From a bacterium (lineage in GTDB: Bacteria; Electryoneota; Electryoneia; Electryoneales; Electryoneaceae): a DNA stretch of 64,000 bases. The translations under genes and the position numbers were made by a program. A model generated the notes under the pieces. It ran no database searches, was not told where the DNA came from, and saw only the letters and a list, made by a program, of their open reading frames with translations. Location of the stretch: assembly GCA_963675295.2 (NCBI GenBank), contig CAXXKJ010000002.1:2432001-2496000 (forward strand), read 5' to 3'. Positions 1-9,719 of this stretch are shown piece by piece. Position 1 is the first letter of the stretch, and each line of letters opens with the position of its first letter.

Positions 1-6
1 GTACCT

Positions 7-732
7 TTGGCAAATTCCGGCTTCACGCCGTTTTTGCGGGCGGATGCGGTGAGTGCGTCCCGCAATGCCCTGCTGAGTGAAAAACGGCAGGTGCTTCACG
101 ATCTCAGCTTGTCGATTGGCGCGGGCGAATGCGTTGCGTTGATCGGTCCGGCCGGGGCGGGGAAGACGACGTTGCTGGAGGTGCTGGCCGGCTTGACGCC
201 GCTGGACTCCGGAAAGTTGCAGCACGAACCGCAAGCGGACGACGAAAAGCACGATTCCGCCGCCGGGTTGGCGTTCCAATTCCCGGAACGGCAGTTCTTC
301 GCCGAGACGGTGCTGGAGGAGATCGCGTACGGGGTCCGAAACGCAGGAGTGGCGAAGGAAACCGCCGGTCGTGTTGCGTTGGAAGCGTTGTGGCAGGTCG
401 GGCTCGGGTTAGAACACGCCGGCCGTAGCCCATTCGACTTGAGCGGTGGTGAAGCACGGCGGGTGGCGCTGGCGATTGTGCTGGCGCGACGCCCGCGATT
501 GCTGTTGCTGGACGAACCGACCGCCGGGCTGGATGTCGCCGACGCGGAGCGGATTGGCGAGTTGATTCAGAAGCAGGTTGAGGACGGTAGTTCGGTGGTG
601 GTAAGCGGGCACGATCTGGATCGTTTCGCCGAGTGGTGCCCACGATGGATTTTGTTGAAAGACGGGACGATTCATCATGACGGCCCGCCTGATGAGATGA
701 GTGACGACGTGCGTAAAACCTTTTGGTCTTGA
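7..732 (+). CDS. ECF/ABC transporter ATP-binding protein (EcfA2/CbiO-like); start near window edge uncertain, possible 3' frameshift
   Basis: Walker A GPAGAGKTT, Q-loop FQFPERQFF typical of EcfA2, signature LSGGE, Walker B LLLLDEPT, H-loop GHD. Confidence 0.85.
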   Translation: MANSGFTPFLRADAVSASRNALLSEKRQVLHDLSLSIGAGECVALIGPAGAGKTTLLEVLAGLTPLDSGKLQHEPQADDEKHDSAAGLAFQFPERQFFAETVLEEIAYGVRNAGVAKETAGRVALEALWQVGLGLEHAGRSPFDLSGGEARRVALAIVLARRPRLLLLDEPTAGLDVADAERIGELIQKQVEDGSSVVVSGHDLDRFAEWCPRWILLKDGTIHHDGPPDEMSDDVRKTFWS

Positions 733-891
733 GATACCCACCGTCAACGCAGCGGGGATCAGGGACGGCAATTCTGGTCTCCGGGTGAAGGTGAACCCGG
801 CCTGATTCCATTTGCGATGGCGTTGTGAAACGGTAACGTTTGGCCTGATTCATCCGTTGCAAGGGTTTGCGGCGGAAAGTGCGAGGAAGCG

Positions 892-2097
892 ATGAAGATT
901 TTGACGTTGAACTGCGGCAGTTCGTCCATCAAGTACCAGCTGTTTACGATTGCTGACGACGAAGAGAAGGTGTTGGCCAAGGGTGCGGTGGAACGCATCG
1001 GGATGAAGGGTGCGATCCTCAAGCACGAGCGGTACGATGGCGACAAAGTCAAGGTCGCGGGTGAAATCGTCGATCATGGCGCGGCGATTGAGTATATCCT
1101 CGCCATTTTGCTGTCGGACAACCACGGCGTGATCCGTAACCGGGAAGAGATCGAGGCTGTTGGACACCGTGTTGTCCACGGCGGCGAAGTGTTTACCGGG
1201 TCGGTGGCGATCAAGCCGGAAGTGATGGAAGCGTTGAACGAGTGCATCGAGCTCGCGCCGTTGCACAACCCGGCGAACATCAAGGGTATCGTCGCCTGCC
1301 AGCGGATGATGAAGAATGTGCCGATGGTCGGTGTGTTCGACACGGCGTTCCATCACACGTTGCCGGATTACGCGTACCTGTACGGCCTGCCGTACGTGCT
1401 GTACAAGCGGTATGGCGTGCGCCGGTATGGTTTCCACGGCACCAGCCATTTCTACGTCGCCAACCGTGCGAGCGCGATGGTCGGCAAGCCGTTGAGCGAG
1501 ATGAAGGTGGTGACCGCGCACCTGGGCAACGGTGCGTCGATGGCCGCAGTCGATCAGGGCAAGTCGATTGACACGACGATGGGTATGACGCCGCTGGAAG
1601 GGCTGCTGATGGGCACGCGTACCGGCGATATCGACGCCGGCGCTGTGCTGCACATCATCGGCCGTGAAGAATTGACACTGGGCGAAGTGAACACGCTGCT
1701 CAACAAGCACAGCGGGCTGATCGGGCTCAGCGGTGTGTCGTCGGACATGCGTGAGATCGAGGAGGAGATGCAGGCGGGCAATGATCGCGCCCGCCTCGCG
1801 TTTGACGTGTTCTGCTACCGGGTGAAAAAGTACGTCGGCGCGTTCGCTGCGGCGATGGGCGGCGTGGACACGCTGGTCTTCACCGGTGGCATCGGCGAGA
1901 ATTCCGACCTGCTTCGGGCAGAAGTCGCGAAGGGGTTGGGCTTCCTCGGCATCGAGATTGATGACGAGAAAAACCAGGTGCGCGGCGGCGAACGTGCGAT
2001 CCACAGCGATTCGAGTAAGGTGAACGTGTTCGTCATTCCGACGAACGAGGAGCTCGTCATCGCGCGCGAAACGAAACGTGTGCTCGCTGAGAATTGA
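892..2097 (+). CDS. ackA: Acetate kinase
   Basis: N-terminal LTLNCGSSSIKY, GHRVVHGG, APLHNP, RRYGFHGTSH, HLGNGAS, FTGGIGEN, IPTNEE motifs. Confidence 0.98.
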   Translation: MKILTLNCGSSSIKYQLFTIADDEEKVLAKGAVERIGMKGAILKHERYDGDKVKVAGEIVDHGAAIEYILAILLSDNHGVIRNREEIEAVGHRVVHGGEVFTGSVAIKPEVMEALNECIELAPLHNPANIKGIVACQRMMKNVPMVGVFDTAFHHTLPDYAYLYGLPYVLYKRYGVRRYGFHGTSHFYVANRASAMVGKPLSEMKVVTAHLGNGASMAAVDQGKSIDTTMGMTPLEGLLMGTRTGDIDAGAVLHIIGREELTLGEVNTLLNKHSGLIGLSGVSSDMREIEEEMQAGNDRARLAFDVFCYRVKKYVGAFAAAMGGVDTLVFTGGIGENSDLLRAEVAKGLGFLGIEIDDEKNQVRGGERAIHSDSSKVNVFVIPTNEELVIARETKRVLAEN

Positions 2098-2127
2098 TCA
2101 GCGGCGTGACAATAACGGGCAAGGCCC

Positions 2128-3159
2128 ATGCATGAAAAACTGACGGAATTGCAGTCCCTGCGGGAGGCGTTCGAGAAGGATATCGCCGCCGTTACCTCGC
2201 AGGACACTCTGGAAGAGGTGCGCGTTCGCTATATCGGACGCAAGGGGTCGATCGCCGAACTGTTCAAGCAGATGGGCAAGATCGATCCGTCGATTCGCGG
2301 TGAGTTCGGCAAGACGCTGAACATGCTGAAGAACGACGCCACTGCGAAGATCGAAGGGATGGCGCGCGAGCTGGAACAGGCGGAAACGCTGGCCGGGTTC
2401 GACCCGACGCTGCCCGCACGTCCGATCGCGCAGGGATCGTACCACCCGATCACGTTGATTGAACGTGAGGTCAAGCGGATTTTCACGCGGATGGGCTTCG
2501 CGATCAAGCGCGGGCCGGAAGTCGAAGACGTGTGGCACAACTTCGACGCGTTGAACACGCCGGACTGGCACCCGTCCCGCGATGAGTCGGACACGTTATA
2601 CCTCGCGGACATCCCGAACATGCTGCTGCGGACCGAAACCAGCCCGGTACAGATCCGCACGATGCAGGCGCAGAAGCCGCCGATCCGGATTGTTGCCCCG
2701 GGACGTGTGTTCCGTAACGACAAGCCCGATCCGACGCACTCGCCGATGTTCACGCAGCTGGAAGGGCTGTACGTGGACAAGGGCGTGACGTTCGCGGATC
2801 TCAAGGGGACGGTGCTGCAGTTCTACCGTCACCTGTTGGGCAAGAACGTAGTGACGCGTTTCCGTCCGCATTTCTTCCCGTTCACCGAACCGTCCGCGGA
2901 AGTGGACGTTTCCTGCCCGTTCTGCGGTGGGGACGGCTGCCGCGTCTGCAAGCACAGCGGCTGGATCGAGGTTGGCGGAAGCGGGATGGTCGACCCGAAC
3001 GTGCTGGAAACGGTCGGCATTGACCCGGAAATCTACACGGGCTGGGCGTTTGGCCTGGGAATCGAACGGATGACCATGTTGCTGTACGGCGTGGATGATA
3101 TTCGCCTGTTCTACGAGAACGACATTCGTTTCCTCTCGCAGTTCGGAGGCCGCCGATGA
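2128..3159 (+). CDS. pheS: Phenylalanine--tRNA ligase alpha subunit
   Basis: NFDALN, LLRTETSPVQIR, FRPHFFPFTEPS, AFGLGIER motifs; overlaps pheT start. Confidence 0.98.
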   Translation: MHEKLTELQSLREAFEKDIAAVTSQDTLEEVRVRYIGRKGSIAELFKQMGKIDPSIRGEFGKTLNMLKNDATAKIEGMARELEQAETLAGFDPTLPARPIAQGSYHPITLIEREVKRIFTRMGFAIKRGPEVEDVWHNFDALNTPDWHPSRDESDTLYLADIPNMLLRTETSPVQIRTMQAQKPPIRIVAPGRVFRNDKPDPTHSPMFTQLEGLYVDKGVTFADLKGTVLQFYRHLLGKNVVTRFRPHFFPFTEPSAEVDVSCPFCGGDGCRVCKHSGWIEVGGSGMVDPNVLETVGIDPEIYTGWAFGLGIERMTMLLYGVDDIRLFYENDIRFLSQFGGRR

Positions 3160-5564
3160 AGATCTCACTGAACTGGTTGCGTGATTTCGTCGACTTCGAC
3201 GAATCCCCCGAAGAAATCGCCGAGATCCTCACATTCCTCAATTTCGAGTGTGAGGGAATCGAACGGATCAAGCGGTATGTGGACGGCGTCGTTGTCGGCA
3301 AGGTGCTGGAAAGCGTTCCTCATCCGAACGCCGACAAGCTGCAATTGACGAAGGTGGACATCGGCGGCGAGGTGCTGCCGATTGTCTGCGGCGCGCCGAA
3401 CTGCCGCGAGGGACTGATCGTCCCGGTGGCCACGGTCGGCACGCAGATCGGCGAATTCACCATTGACGCGCGCAAGCTGCGTGGCGAGATGTCGCAGGGC
3501 ATGATCCTCTCCGAAGCGGAGATGAAGATCAGCGAGAATCACGGTGGCATTCTCGAACTCGGTGCCGGATTCAACGTTGGCGATGATTTCAGCAAAGTGG
3601 TTCCGGCGGAAGACGCCGTGCTCGAATTCGAGATCACGGTCAACCGTCCAGACGCATTGTCGCACATCGGCATCGCGCGTGAACTGGCGGCGCATTGGGG
3701 CCGTCCGCTGCGACTGCCATCGTTCGAGGTGCAGGAGACCAGCTCGCGCAAGGTCGCGGATGAGCTGATGATCGACATCACCGCCCCGGAGCAGTGTCCG
3801 CGCTATGTCGGCCGCAAGGTGACCGGTGTGACGGTGATGGACAGCCCGCTGTGGATGAAGGCGCGGCTGGCGAGCATCGGGCAGCGTCCGATCAGCAACG
3901 TCGTCGACATAACGAACTACATCCTGTTCGAACTCGGGCAGCCGTTGCACGCGTTCGACGCCGGCCAGATCAAGGATGGGCATATCATCGTGCGGATGGC
4001 GAACGAGCGCGAGAAGTTTGTCACCCTCGACGACAAGCCGCGCAAGCTGGTGGCGTCCGACCTGATGATCGCCGACCCGGAGAAAGGTGTGGCGCTCGGT
4101 GGCGTGATGGGCGGCGCGAACAGCGAAGTGACCGACACGACGAAAGACGTGATCATCGAAGCGGCGTATTTCGACCCGCCGACGATCCGAAAGACGGCGA
4201 AGCGGTTGGGTTTGCCGTCGGAAGCATCACGCCGGTTCGAGCGTGGAGCCGATCCGGGCATGCAACCGAACGCTGCCGCACGGTGCGCGGAACTGTTCCG
4301 TTTGCATGCAGGCGCGGAGGTGTTGCAGGGCCAGGTGGATGCGCACCCGGCTCCGGTCGCACGTCCGCCGGTGAGCTACCGTCCGCAGCGCGCGGGCGTG
4401 GTGCTCGGCTTTGATGTGGCGAAAGATGACGCGGTGAAGGTGTTCCAGTCGCTGGAGTTTGGCGTCGAGGACAAGGGTGAGACAGTTGTCGTCACCCCGC
4501 CGAGCTGGCGTCACGATATCGAACGTGAGATCGACCTGGTGGAAGAGGTCGCGCGTCACGTCGGGTACGACAAGGTGCCGACGGCGGAATCGTCGCGTGT
4601 CGTATTGTCGAGTGAGGATCCACCGCTGGAACGGATGCTCGACACGGCGGTCGATACGATGGTCGCGCTCGGATTCCGGGAAGCGAACTGCTCAGCGATG
4701 ACCTCAGGTGAGGATCATGAGGCGTTCGCGGGCGGATTGAAGCCATACGTGATCAACCGCCCGATCAATCCGGAGATGAGTGTCTATCGGGCGTCCCTGA
4801 TCCCGGGATTGCTGCGTGTGGTCGAGCACAACCTGAACCGTGGCTTCGAAGACGTATTCCTGTTCGAAGCTGGGCAGGTGGGTGGTGAAGGCTGGCTGGG
4901 GACCGAAGGCGGCCAGCGGCTGCACCTCGGATTCGCGATGGTCGGCAACTGGATCCCGCAGGCGTACGACCGGGAAGGCGAAGCTGTTGATCTCGCGGAG
5001 GTTAAAACGGTTCTGAATGAACTGGCGCGTGGATTGACGCTTGATTTACCTCTGCGGTTTGACTACACTACTCCAGATAATCTCATGCTCGGCGTCAAAC
5101 TCCTGTTGGAAGATGGCTCATTGACGGGAGTTGCAGGCCAGCTGAAGCCGGAACTTGCAGAACGATTTGGAGTCGAGCGGCCGGTGTATGTCGGTGAGAT
5201 CGACCTTGAGCGTTGGGTCAAGCCGGTGGCGGGCGAGCTTCGGTTGCCCGGTATCCGGGGTGGCTACCAGCGGTTCTCGCGATTCCCGGCGAATGTGCGT
5301 GACGTGGCGTTTGTAGTGCCGATCAGCACCCCGGCAGAAGATGTCCGGGGAGCATTGCTGGAGCACTCAAGCGAGTTGCTGGAAGATGTGGTTTTGTTTG
5401 ATCTTTATAAGGGCAAGCCGTTGGCGTCCGATGAACGCTCGTTGGCGTTCCGGGCAACGTTCCGTGCTCCGGATCGAACGTTGACCGATGAGGACATTGA
5501 TCCGGTCATCGAAGGGATGATCGCTGCAGCGGAGAAATTGAACGGAGTTCGCTTACGGGGGTAG
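3156..5564 (+). CDS. pheT: Phenylalanine--tRNA ligase beta subunit
   Basis: MKISLNWL start, HPNADKL, IVCGAPN, VVDITNY, RRFERG, DIEREIDLVEEVAR, C-terminal FDX-ACB (RDVAF...SLAFR...RTL). Confidence 0.98.
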   Translation: MKISLNWLRDFVDFDESPEEIAEILTFLNFECEGIERIKRYVDGVVVGKVLESVPHPNADKLQLTKVDIGGEVLPIVCGAPNCREGLIVPVATVGTQIGEFTIDARKLRGEMSQGMILSEAEMKISENHGGILELGAGFNVGDDFSKVVPAEDAVLEFEITVNRPDALSHIGIARELAAHWGRPLRLPSFEVQETSSRKVADELMIDITAPEQCPRYVGRKVTGVTVMDSPLWMKARLASIGQRPISNVVDITNYILFELGQPLHAFDAGQIKDGHIIVRMANEREKFVTLDDKPRKLVASDLMIADPEKGVALGGVMGGANSEVTDTTKDVIIEAAYFDPPTIRKTAKRLGLPSEASRRFERGADPGMQPNAAARCAELFRLHAGAEVLQGQVDAHPAPVARPPVSYRPQRAGVVLGFDVAKDDAVKVFQSLEFGVEDKGETVVVTPPSWRHDIEREIDLVEEVARHVGYDKVPTAESSRVVLSSEDPPLERMLDTAVDTMVALGFREANCSAMTSGEDHEAFAGGLKPYVINRPINPEMSVYRASLIPGLLRVVEHNLNRGFEDVFLFEAGQVGGEGWLGTEGGQRLHLGFAMVGNWIPQAYDREGEAVDLAEVKTVLNELARGLTLDLPLRFDYTTPDNLMLGVKLLLEDGSLTGVAGQLKPELAERFGVERPVYVGEIDLERWVKPVAGELRLPGIRGGYQRFSRFPANVRDVAFVVPISTPAEDVRGALLEHSSELLEDVVLFDLYKGKPLASDERSLAFRATFRAPDRTLTDEDIDPVIEGMIAAAEKLNGVRLRG

Positions 5565-5594
5565 TCAGCCTGAGCGACAAGGGGAGACTGGCAG

Positions 5595-5885
5595 GTGGAA
5601 ACTGGAACTGCGCCAGGCTTGGCAGAGCTGAGTACGCTTGAAGAGAAGGTTGATCGCGTTGCGGGGATGCTGGAAGAGCAGCAGGCCCGGAATCGTGAGT
5701 TGACTGCGGAAGTAGAAGATCTGCGCGAACAGTTGTCCGTGCGGGAGACCACCGTGGAAGAGCTTCAGCGGGAGTTGGAGGACGCTCGCAAGCATCGCCG
5801 TGATCCGGCGAAGGAGGAGCTGATCCGCGGGAAATTGACGACCTTGCTGAGCAGGATTGAGTCTCTGGAACAGGAGACGGCATAG
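5595..5885 (+). CDS. Small coiled-coil protein, ZapB-like position
   Basis: 96-aa heptad-rich sequence between pheT and zapA, a conserved neighbourhood; RBS AAGGGGAG before GTG. Confidence 0.7.
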   Translation: METGTAPGLAELSTLEEKVDRVAGMLEEQQARNRELTAEVEDLREQLSVRETTVEELQRELEDARKHRRDPAKEELIRGKLTTLLSRIESLEQETA

Positions 5886-5950
5886 TCGTCGTATGGGGAT
5901 CGTGGAAGTATCCTGGGGGTTGGAACCGGACCTGGACCTGAGGATTATAG

Positions 5951-6256
5951 GTGAACGAGACAGCACAGGTCGTAAACGTTTCGATTTTCGGTAGTGAATA
6001 TCCGATCCGTGCGCGTTTGTCGGATGAAGCATATGTACGTCAGGTTGCGTCGGTCGTGGATGCTCGCATGCGTGAGGTCCACGAGTCGATGAAACCGTCA
6101 TCCACTTTGAAGGTTGCGATTCTGGCGGCCTTGAACATTGCGGACGAATTGCTGACTACCCAGGAGGACAAGAAACGAGTTGACAGCTCGTATCGTGAAA
6201 GGATAACATTGCTTTCCGATCGTCTGGACGAGCTGCTTACGCAGCCGGAGTCCTGA
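5951..6256 (+). CDS. zapA: Cell division protein ZapA
   Basis: VSIFGSEYPI...VASVVDARM...VAILAALNIADELL ZapA signature. Confidence 0.92.
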   Translation: MNETAQVVNVSIFGSEYPIRARLSDEAYVRQVASVVDARMREVHESMKPSSTLKVAILAALNIADELLTTQEDKKRVDSSYRERITLLSDRLDELLTQPES

Positions 6257-6278
6257 TCGGCAGGCATTTACACGACTC

Positions 6279-6458
6279 GATCCCTGCATTTCTTAGCGAC
6301 TTTGATTGAGAACCAACACTCTCAATGGAGGGAGTTCGGCTTCGTTTGTGGCGGGTAGGCCTTGCCGGCAACGGTTGAAGGAAACCTAACACGAATGAGA
6401 GGACACCCAGTTTGGTGAACTAAGCGTTCTCCAATCCACTCGCGGAAATGTGGGGATC
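6279..6458 (+). ncRNA. ssrS: 6S RNA
   Basis: ~180 nt between zapA and rny (known ssrS synteny); 5' GATCCCTGCATTTC (6279-6292) pairs with 3' GAAATGTGGGGATC (6445-6458) using G-U pairs, giving a long closed rod. Confidence 0.85.
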
Positions 6459-6510
6459 AGTGTTTTTCACCGGGACGGGAATCAATTCCGCCCGAAGGAG
6501 ATACAGCGAA

Positions 6511-8073
6511 ATGGATGTGCTCACACTGATTATCGGTGTGCTCGCAGGCGCGGCCGTGGGCGTGGCGGTCGCGTTGGTTCTTCGCAACGTTGCAGACAAA
6601 TCCCGCGTAAACTCCGCCCAGTCGCAAGCAGAAACCATCCTCGACACCGCAAAGAAGGAAGCAGAGAACCTGAAGCAGGCGGCGTTACTGGAAGCGCGTG
6701 ACAAAGCCCTCGCCGAAAAGCAGAAGATGGAAGGTGAGGTTGAGAAGCGCTTTGAGGAAATCCGGCGGGACGAGAAACGTGTCGCCGATCAGGAAATTGC
6801 GGCGGAGAAACGATTCGAGCGGGCGAAGCAACGTGAACGTGAACTGAAAGACCGCGAGCGTACCCTGCGCAGGCAGGAGAAGACAGTAACTGCCAAAGAA
6901 GAAGAGTTAGACACGCTGATTTTACAGCGCCGTGAGATGCTGGAGCAGTTGGCGGGGAAGACATCCGCCCAGGCGTTGGAAGAGTTGCAGGGCATTCTGA
7001 TTGACAAGGCGCGCGCGGATTCTGCGACGATCGTCAAGGAGATCCTCGACGAAGCGCGTGAGAACGCCAACCGTGAAGCGAAGGAACTGATTGTCAATGC
7101 CATTCACCGTAGCGCGGCCGACCACACGGCCGAAATGACGGTGACAGCGGTGGATCTGCCGAACGATGACATCAAGGGACGGATCATCGGGCGTGAAGGC
7201 CGTAACATTCGTGCGTTGGAAGCGGCGACCGGCGTGGATATCATCGTCGATGATACCCCGGAAACGGTTGTCGTGTCGTGTTTTGACCCGGTCCGCCGTG
7301 AGTTAGGCCGGATGGCGCTGGAGAAGTTGATCTCGGACGGCCGGATTCACCCGGGCCGCATCGAGGAAGTGGTGTCGAAGGCGCAGAAGGAGTTGGACGA
7401 ACGCATCTTGGAATATGGCCGTAACGCCGTCCAGGAGGCGAAAGTCCACGGGTTGCACCAGGAACTGATCAAGGCGCTCGGCCGGATGCATTATCGCACC
7501 AGCTACGGCCAGAATCAGCTCCGCCACAGCATTGAAGTCGCGAAGTTGACCGGCATCCTCGCCGCCGAGCTCGGGTTCAACGCGAAGCTCGCGCGCCGTT
7601 GCGGTCTGCTGCATGACATTGGCAAAGCGATCGACCGGGAATCCGAGGGCACGCACGTTCAGCTTGGCGCCCAGTTGGCGAAGAAGTACGGCGAACCGCC
7701 GGAGGTTTTAAACACGATTCAGTCGCATCATGGTGACGTTCCGCCGGACAACGTGTTGAGTGTGCTGGCGGCGTCCGCGGACGCCATCAGCGGCAGCCGT
7801 CCCGGCGCGCGGCGTGAGAGCCTTGAGAATTACGTTCAGCGTCTGCACGACCTCGAGGAAATCGCCAAGGGCTTTGAGGGCGTCAACAAGGTGTACGCGA
7901 TTCAGGCCGGACGTGAAGTTCGCATCATGGTCGAGAATGGCAAGGTGTCGGATGCGTACGCCGAAGTGCTCGCGCATGACATTGCTGAGAAGATCGAGAA
8001 TGAGCTGGTCTATCCCGGCCAGATCAAAGTGACCGTGATTCGCGAGTACCGCGCGAGTGGAGTCGCGAAGTAG
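6511..8073 (+). CDS. rny: Ribonuclease Y
   Basis: N-terminal TM, coiled coil, KH domain [15 protein letters not shown] domain [24 protein letters not shown]; ATG 6511 preferred because the longer ORF start lies inside the 6S RNA. Confidence 0.97.
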   Translation: MDVLTLIIGVLAGAAVGVAVALVLRNVADKSRVNSAQSQAETILDTAKKEAENLKQAALLEARDKALAEKQKMEGEVEKRFEEIRRDEKRVADQEIAAEKRFERAKQRERELKDRERTLRRQEKTVTAKEEELDTLILQRREMLEQLAGKTSAQALEELQGILIDKARADSATIVKEILDEARENANREAKELIVNAIHRSAADHTAEMTVTAVDLPNDDIKGRIIGREGRNIRALEAATGVDIIVDDTPETVVVSCFDPVRRELGRMALEKLISDGRIHPGRIEEVVSKAQKELDERILEYGRNAVQEAKVHGLHQELIKALGRMHYRTSYGQNQLRHSIEVAKLTGILAAELGFNAKLARRCGLLHDIGKAIDRESEGTHVQLGAQLAKKYGEPPEVLNTIQSHHGDVPPDNVLSVLAASADAISGSRPGARRESLENYVQRLHDLEEIAKGFEGVNKVYAIQAGREVRIMVENGKVSDAYAEVLAHDIAEKIENELVYPGQIKVTVIREYRASGVAK

Positions 8074-8093
8074 CGGGAATAGCATTCAGTTTC

Positions 8094-8124
8094 AGAGCCC
8101 GATGCGGAAGCACCGGGCTCTTTT
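8094..8124 (+). terminator. Intrinsic terminator after rny
   Basis: AGAGCCCG...CGGGCTCT stem followed by T-run. Confidence 0.65.
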
Positions 8125-8194
8125 GCATCCGGGCGGGAATCTTTGTTCATTCCCTCACTTCAAACTTGGATCTCATCCTTGAAAGGGGGGTGAC

Positions 8195-9700
8195 GTGAGT
8201 ACGGGCAAACGGATTGAGATCGGCCGGGAACGGTTGACGCTGGAACAGATGAAGCAGGTGGCCGCGGGCGTGGCGAAGGTCGTGCTCAGCGAAGACGCGG
8301 TCGAACGGATGCGGAAATCCAACGAGCTGGTGCAGCAGGTGATCACCAAGGGTGACCCGGTGTATGGGGTCAACACCGGCTTCGGCAAGTTCAGCGAGGT
8401 GCGGATTGACGCGAAGGACCTGAGCACCCTGCAGACGAACTTGATCCGGTCTCACTCCTGCGGGGTCGGGCCGGCGTTGGATGAAGCCATGGTGCGGATG
8501 ATTCTCGTGGCGAAGGCGTCTTCGTTGTCGCGTGGTTTCTCCGGCTGCCGTCCCGAGCTGGCGCAGATGCTCGTCGACTTCTACAACCAGGAGCTGTTGC
8601 CGGTGATTCCGGCGCATGGCAGCGTCGGCGCGTCCGGCGACCTCGCGCCGTTGTCGCACATGACGCTGGTGATGATTGGCGAAGGCGAGGCGACGTATGA
8701 TGGCGAGACGATGTCCGGCGCGGATGCGTTGCAAGCGGCCGGTTTGCAGCCCATCGAACTGGGCCCGAAGGAAGGGTTGAGCCTGATCAACGGGACACAG
8801 GTGTCGACATCGCTGTCGGTGAAGGCGTGGCTGGCGTTGAATGATCTCGTCGCGGCGGCGGATGCAGCAGCTGCGTGGACGCTGGAAGGTGTCGCCGGGC
8901 TGACGTCCGCGTTCGACGCGCGAGTGCACGAAATTCGTGGGCACAGCGGCGCTATCGCCAGCGCGGAACGGATCCGGGGTCACGTTGAGAATTCCCAGAT
9001 CCTCAGCAGCGAAGCGGCTTCGCGGCGGGTGCAGGACCCGTACGCGATCCGCTGCGCACCGCAGGTCCATGGGACGGTGCGGGATGTGCTGGCGAACGTG
9101 CGCGGCATGCTGGAAACCGAGCTGAACGGTGTCACCGACAACCCGCTTGTGTTCCCGGAACAGGGCGACGTAATCAGCGGCGGCAATTTCCACGCCGAGC
9201 CGGTGGCGATGGTCTCGGATCAGCTGGCGATTGCCGGGACGGACTTGGCGTCGATCAGTGAGCGCCGCACCTTCCTGTTGACCGATCCGCAAATCAGCGG
9301 CCTGCCGGCGTTCCTCGTCGAGCACGGCGGTCTCAACAGCGGATTCATGATCCATCACGTGACGCAGGCATCGTTGGTTAGTCAGTGCAAGACGCTGGCG
9401 CACCCAGCGAGCGTGGACAGCATCCCGACATCAGCGGGCAAGGAAGACCATGTCAGCATGGCGACGTGGGCCGGGTTCAAGGCGAACGAGATCATGGATC
9501 GCGCGGCGACGGTGATCTCGATCGAAATGATGGCGGCGGCACAGGCGGTGACGTTGCGCGAGCCGTTGCAGCCGGGGTACAGCATCCAGGCGTTGCAGAA
9601 GGAGCTGCGGACGGTGGTACCGAAACTGGACAGAGACCGCTACTCGAAGCCGGACATTGACGCGGCGGGGCAGTGGTTGCGTGAACGAAACTGGGCGTAA
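8195..9700 (+). CDS. hutH: Histidine ammonia-lyase
   Basis: VYGVNTGFG, NLIRSH (SH specificity motif of HAL), MIO-forming GASGDLAPL, KEGLSLINGT, QDPYAIRC, GGNFH, EDHVSM. Confidence 0.93.
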   Translation: MSTGKRIEIGRERLTLEQMKQVAAGVAKVVLSEDAVERMRKSNELVQQVITKGDPVYGVNTGFGKFSEVRIDAKDLSTLQTNLIRSHSCGVGPALDEAMVRMILVAKASSLSRGFSGCRPELAQMLVDFYNQELLPVIPAHGSVGASGDLAPLSHMTLVMIGEGEATYDGETMSGADALQAAGLQPIELGPKEGLSLINGTQVSTSLSVKAWLALNDLVAAADAAAAWTLEGVAGLTSAFDARVHEIRGHSGAIASAERIRGHVENSQILSSEAASRRVQDPYAIRCAPQVHGTVRDVLANVRGMLETELNGVTDNPLVFPEQGDVISGGNFHAEPVAMVSDQLAIAGTDLASISERRTFLLTDPQISGLPAFLVEHGGLNSGFMIHHVTQASLVSQCKTLAHPASVDSIPTSAGKEDHVSMATWAGFKANEIMDRAATVISIEMMAAAQAVTLREPLQPGYSIQALQKELRTVVPKLDRDRYSKPDIDAAGQWLRERNWA

Positions 9701-9719
9701 TTGACAAAGGTAGTCGGAT

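Noticed and set aside
6448-6510. N-terminal extension of RNase Y in the ORF track
   Set aside because: The start lies within the 6S RNA 3' stem; ATG 6511 has an AAGGAG RBS and begins the TM helix.
850-9403. Long antisense ORFs (e.g. 850-2004, 3165-3983, 8147-9403)
   Set aside because: Shadow frames of high-GC coding genes on the opposite strand, with no motifs of their own.
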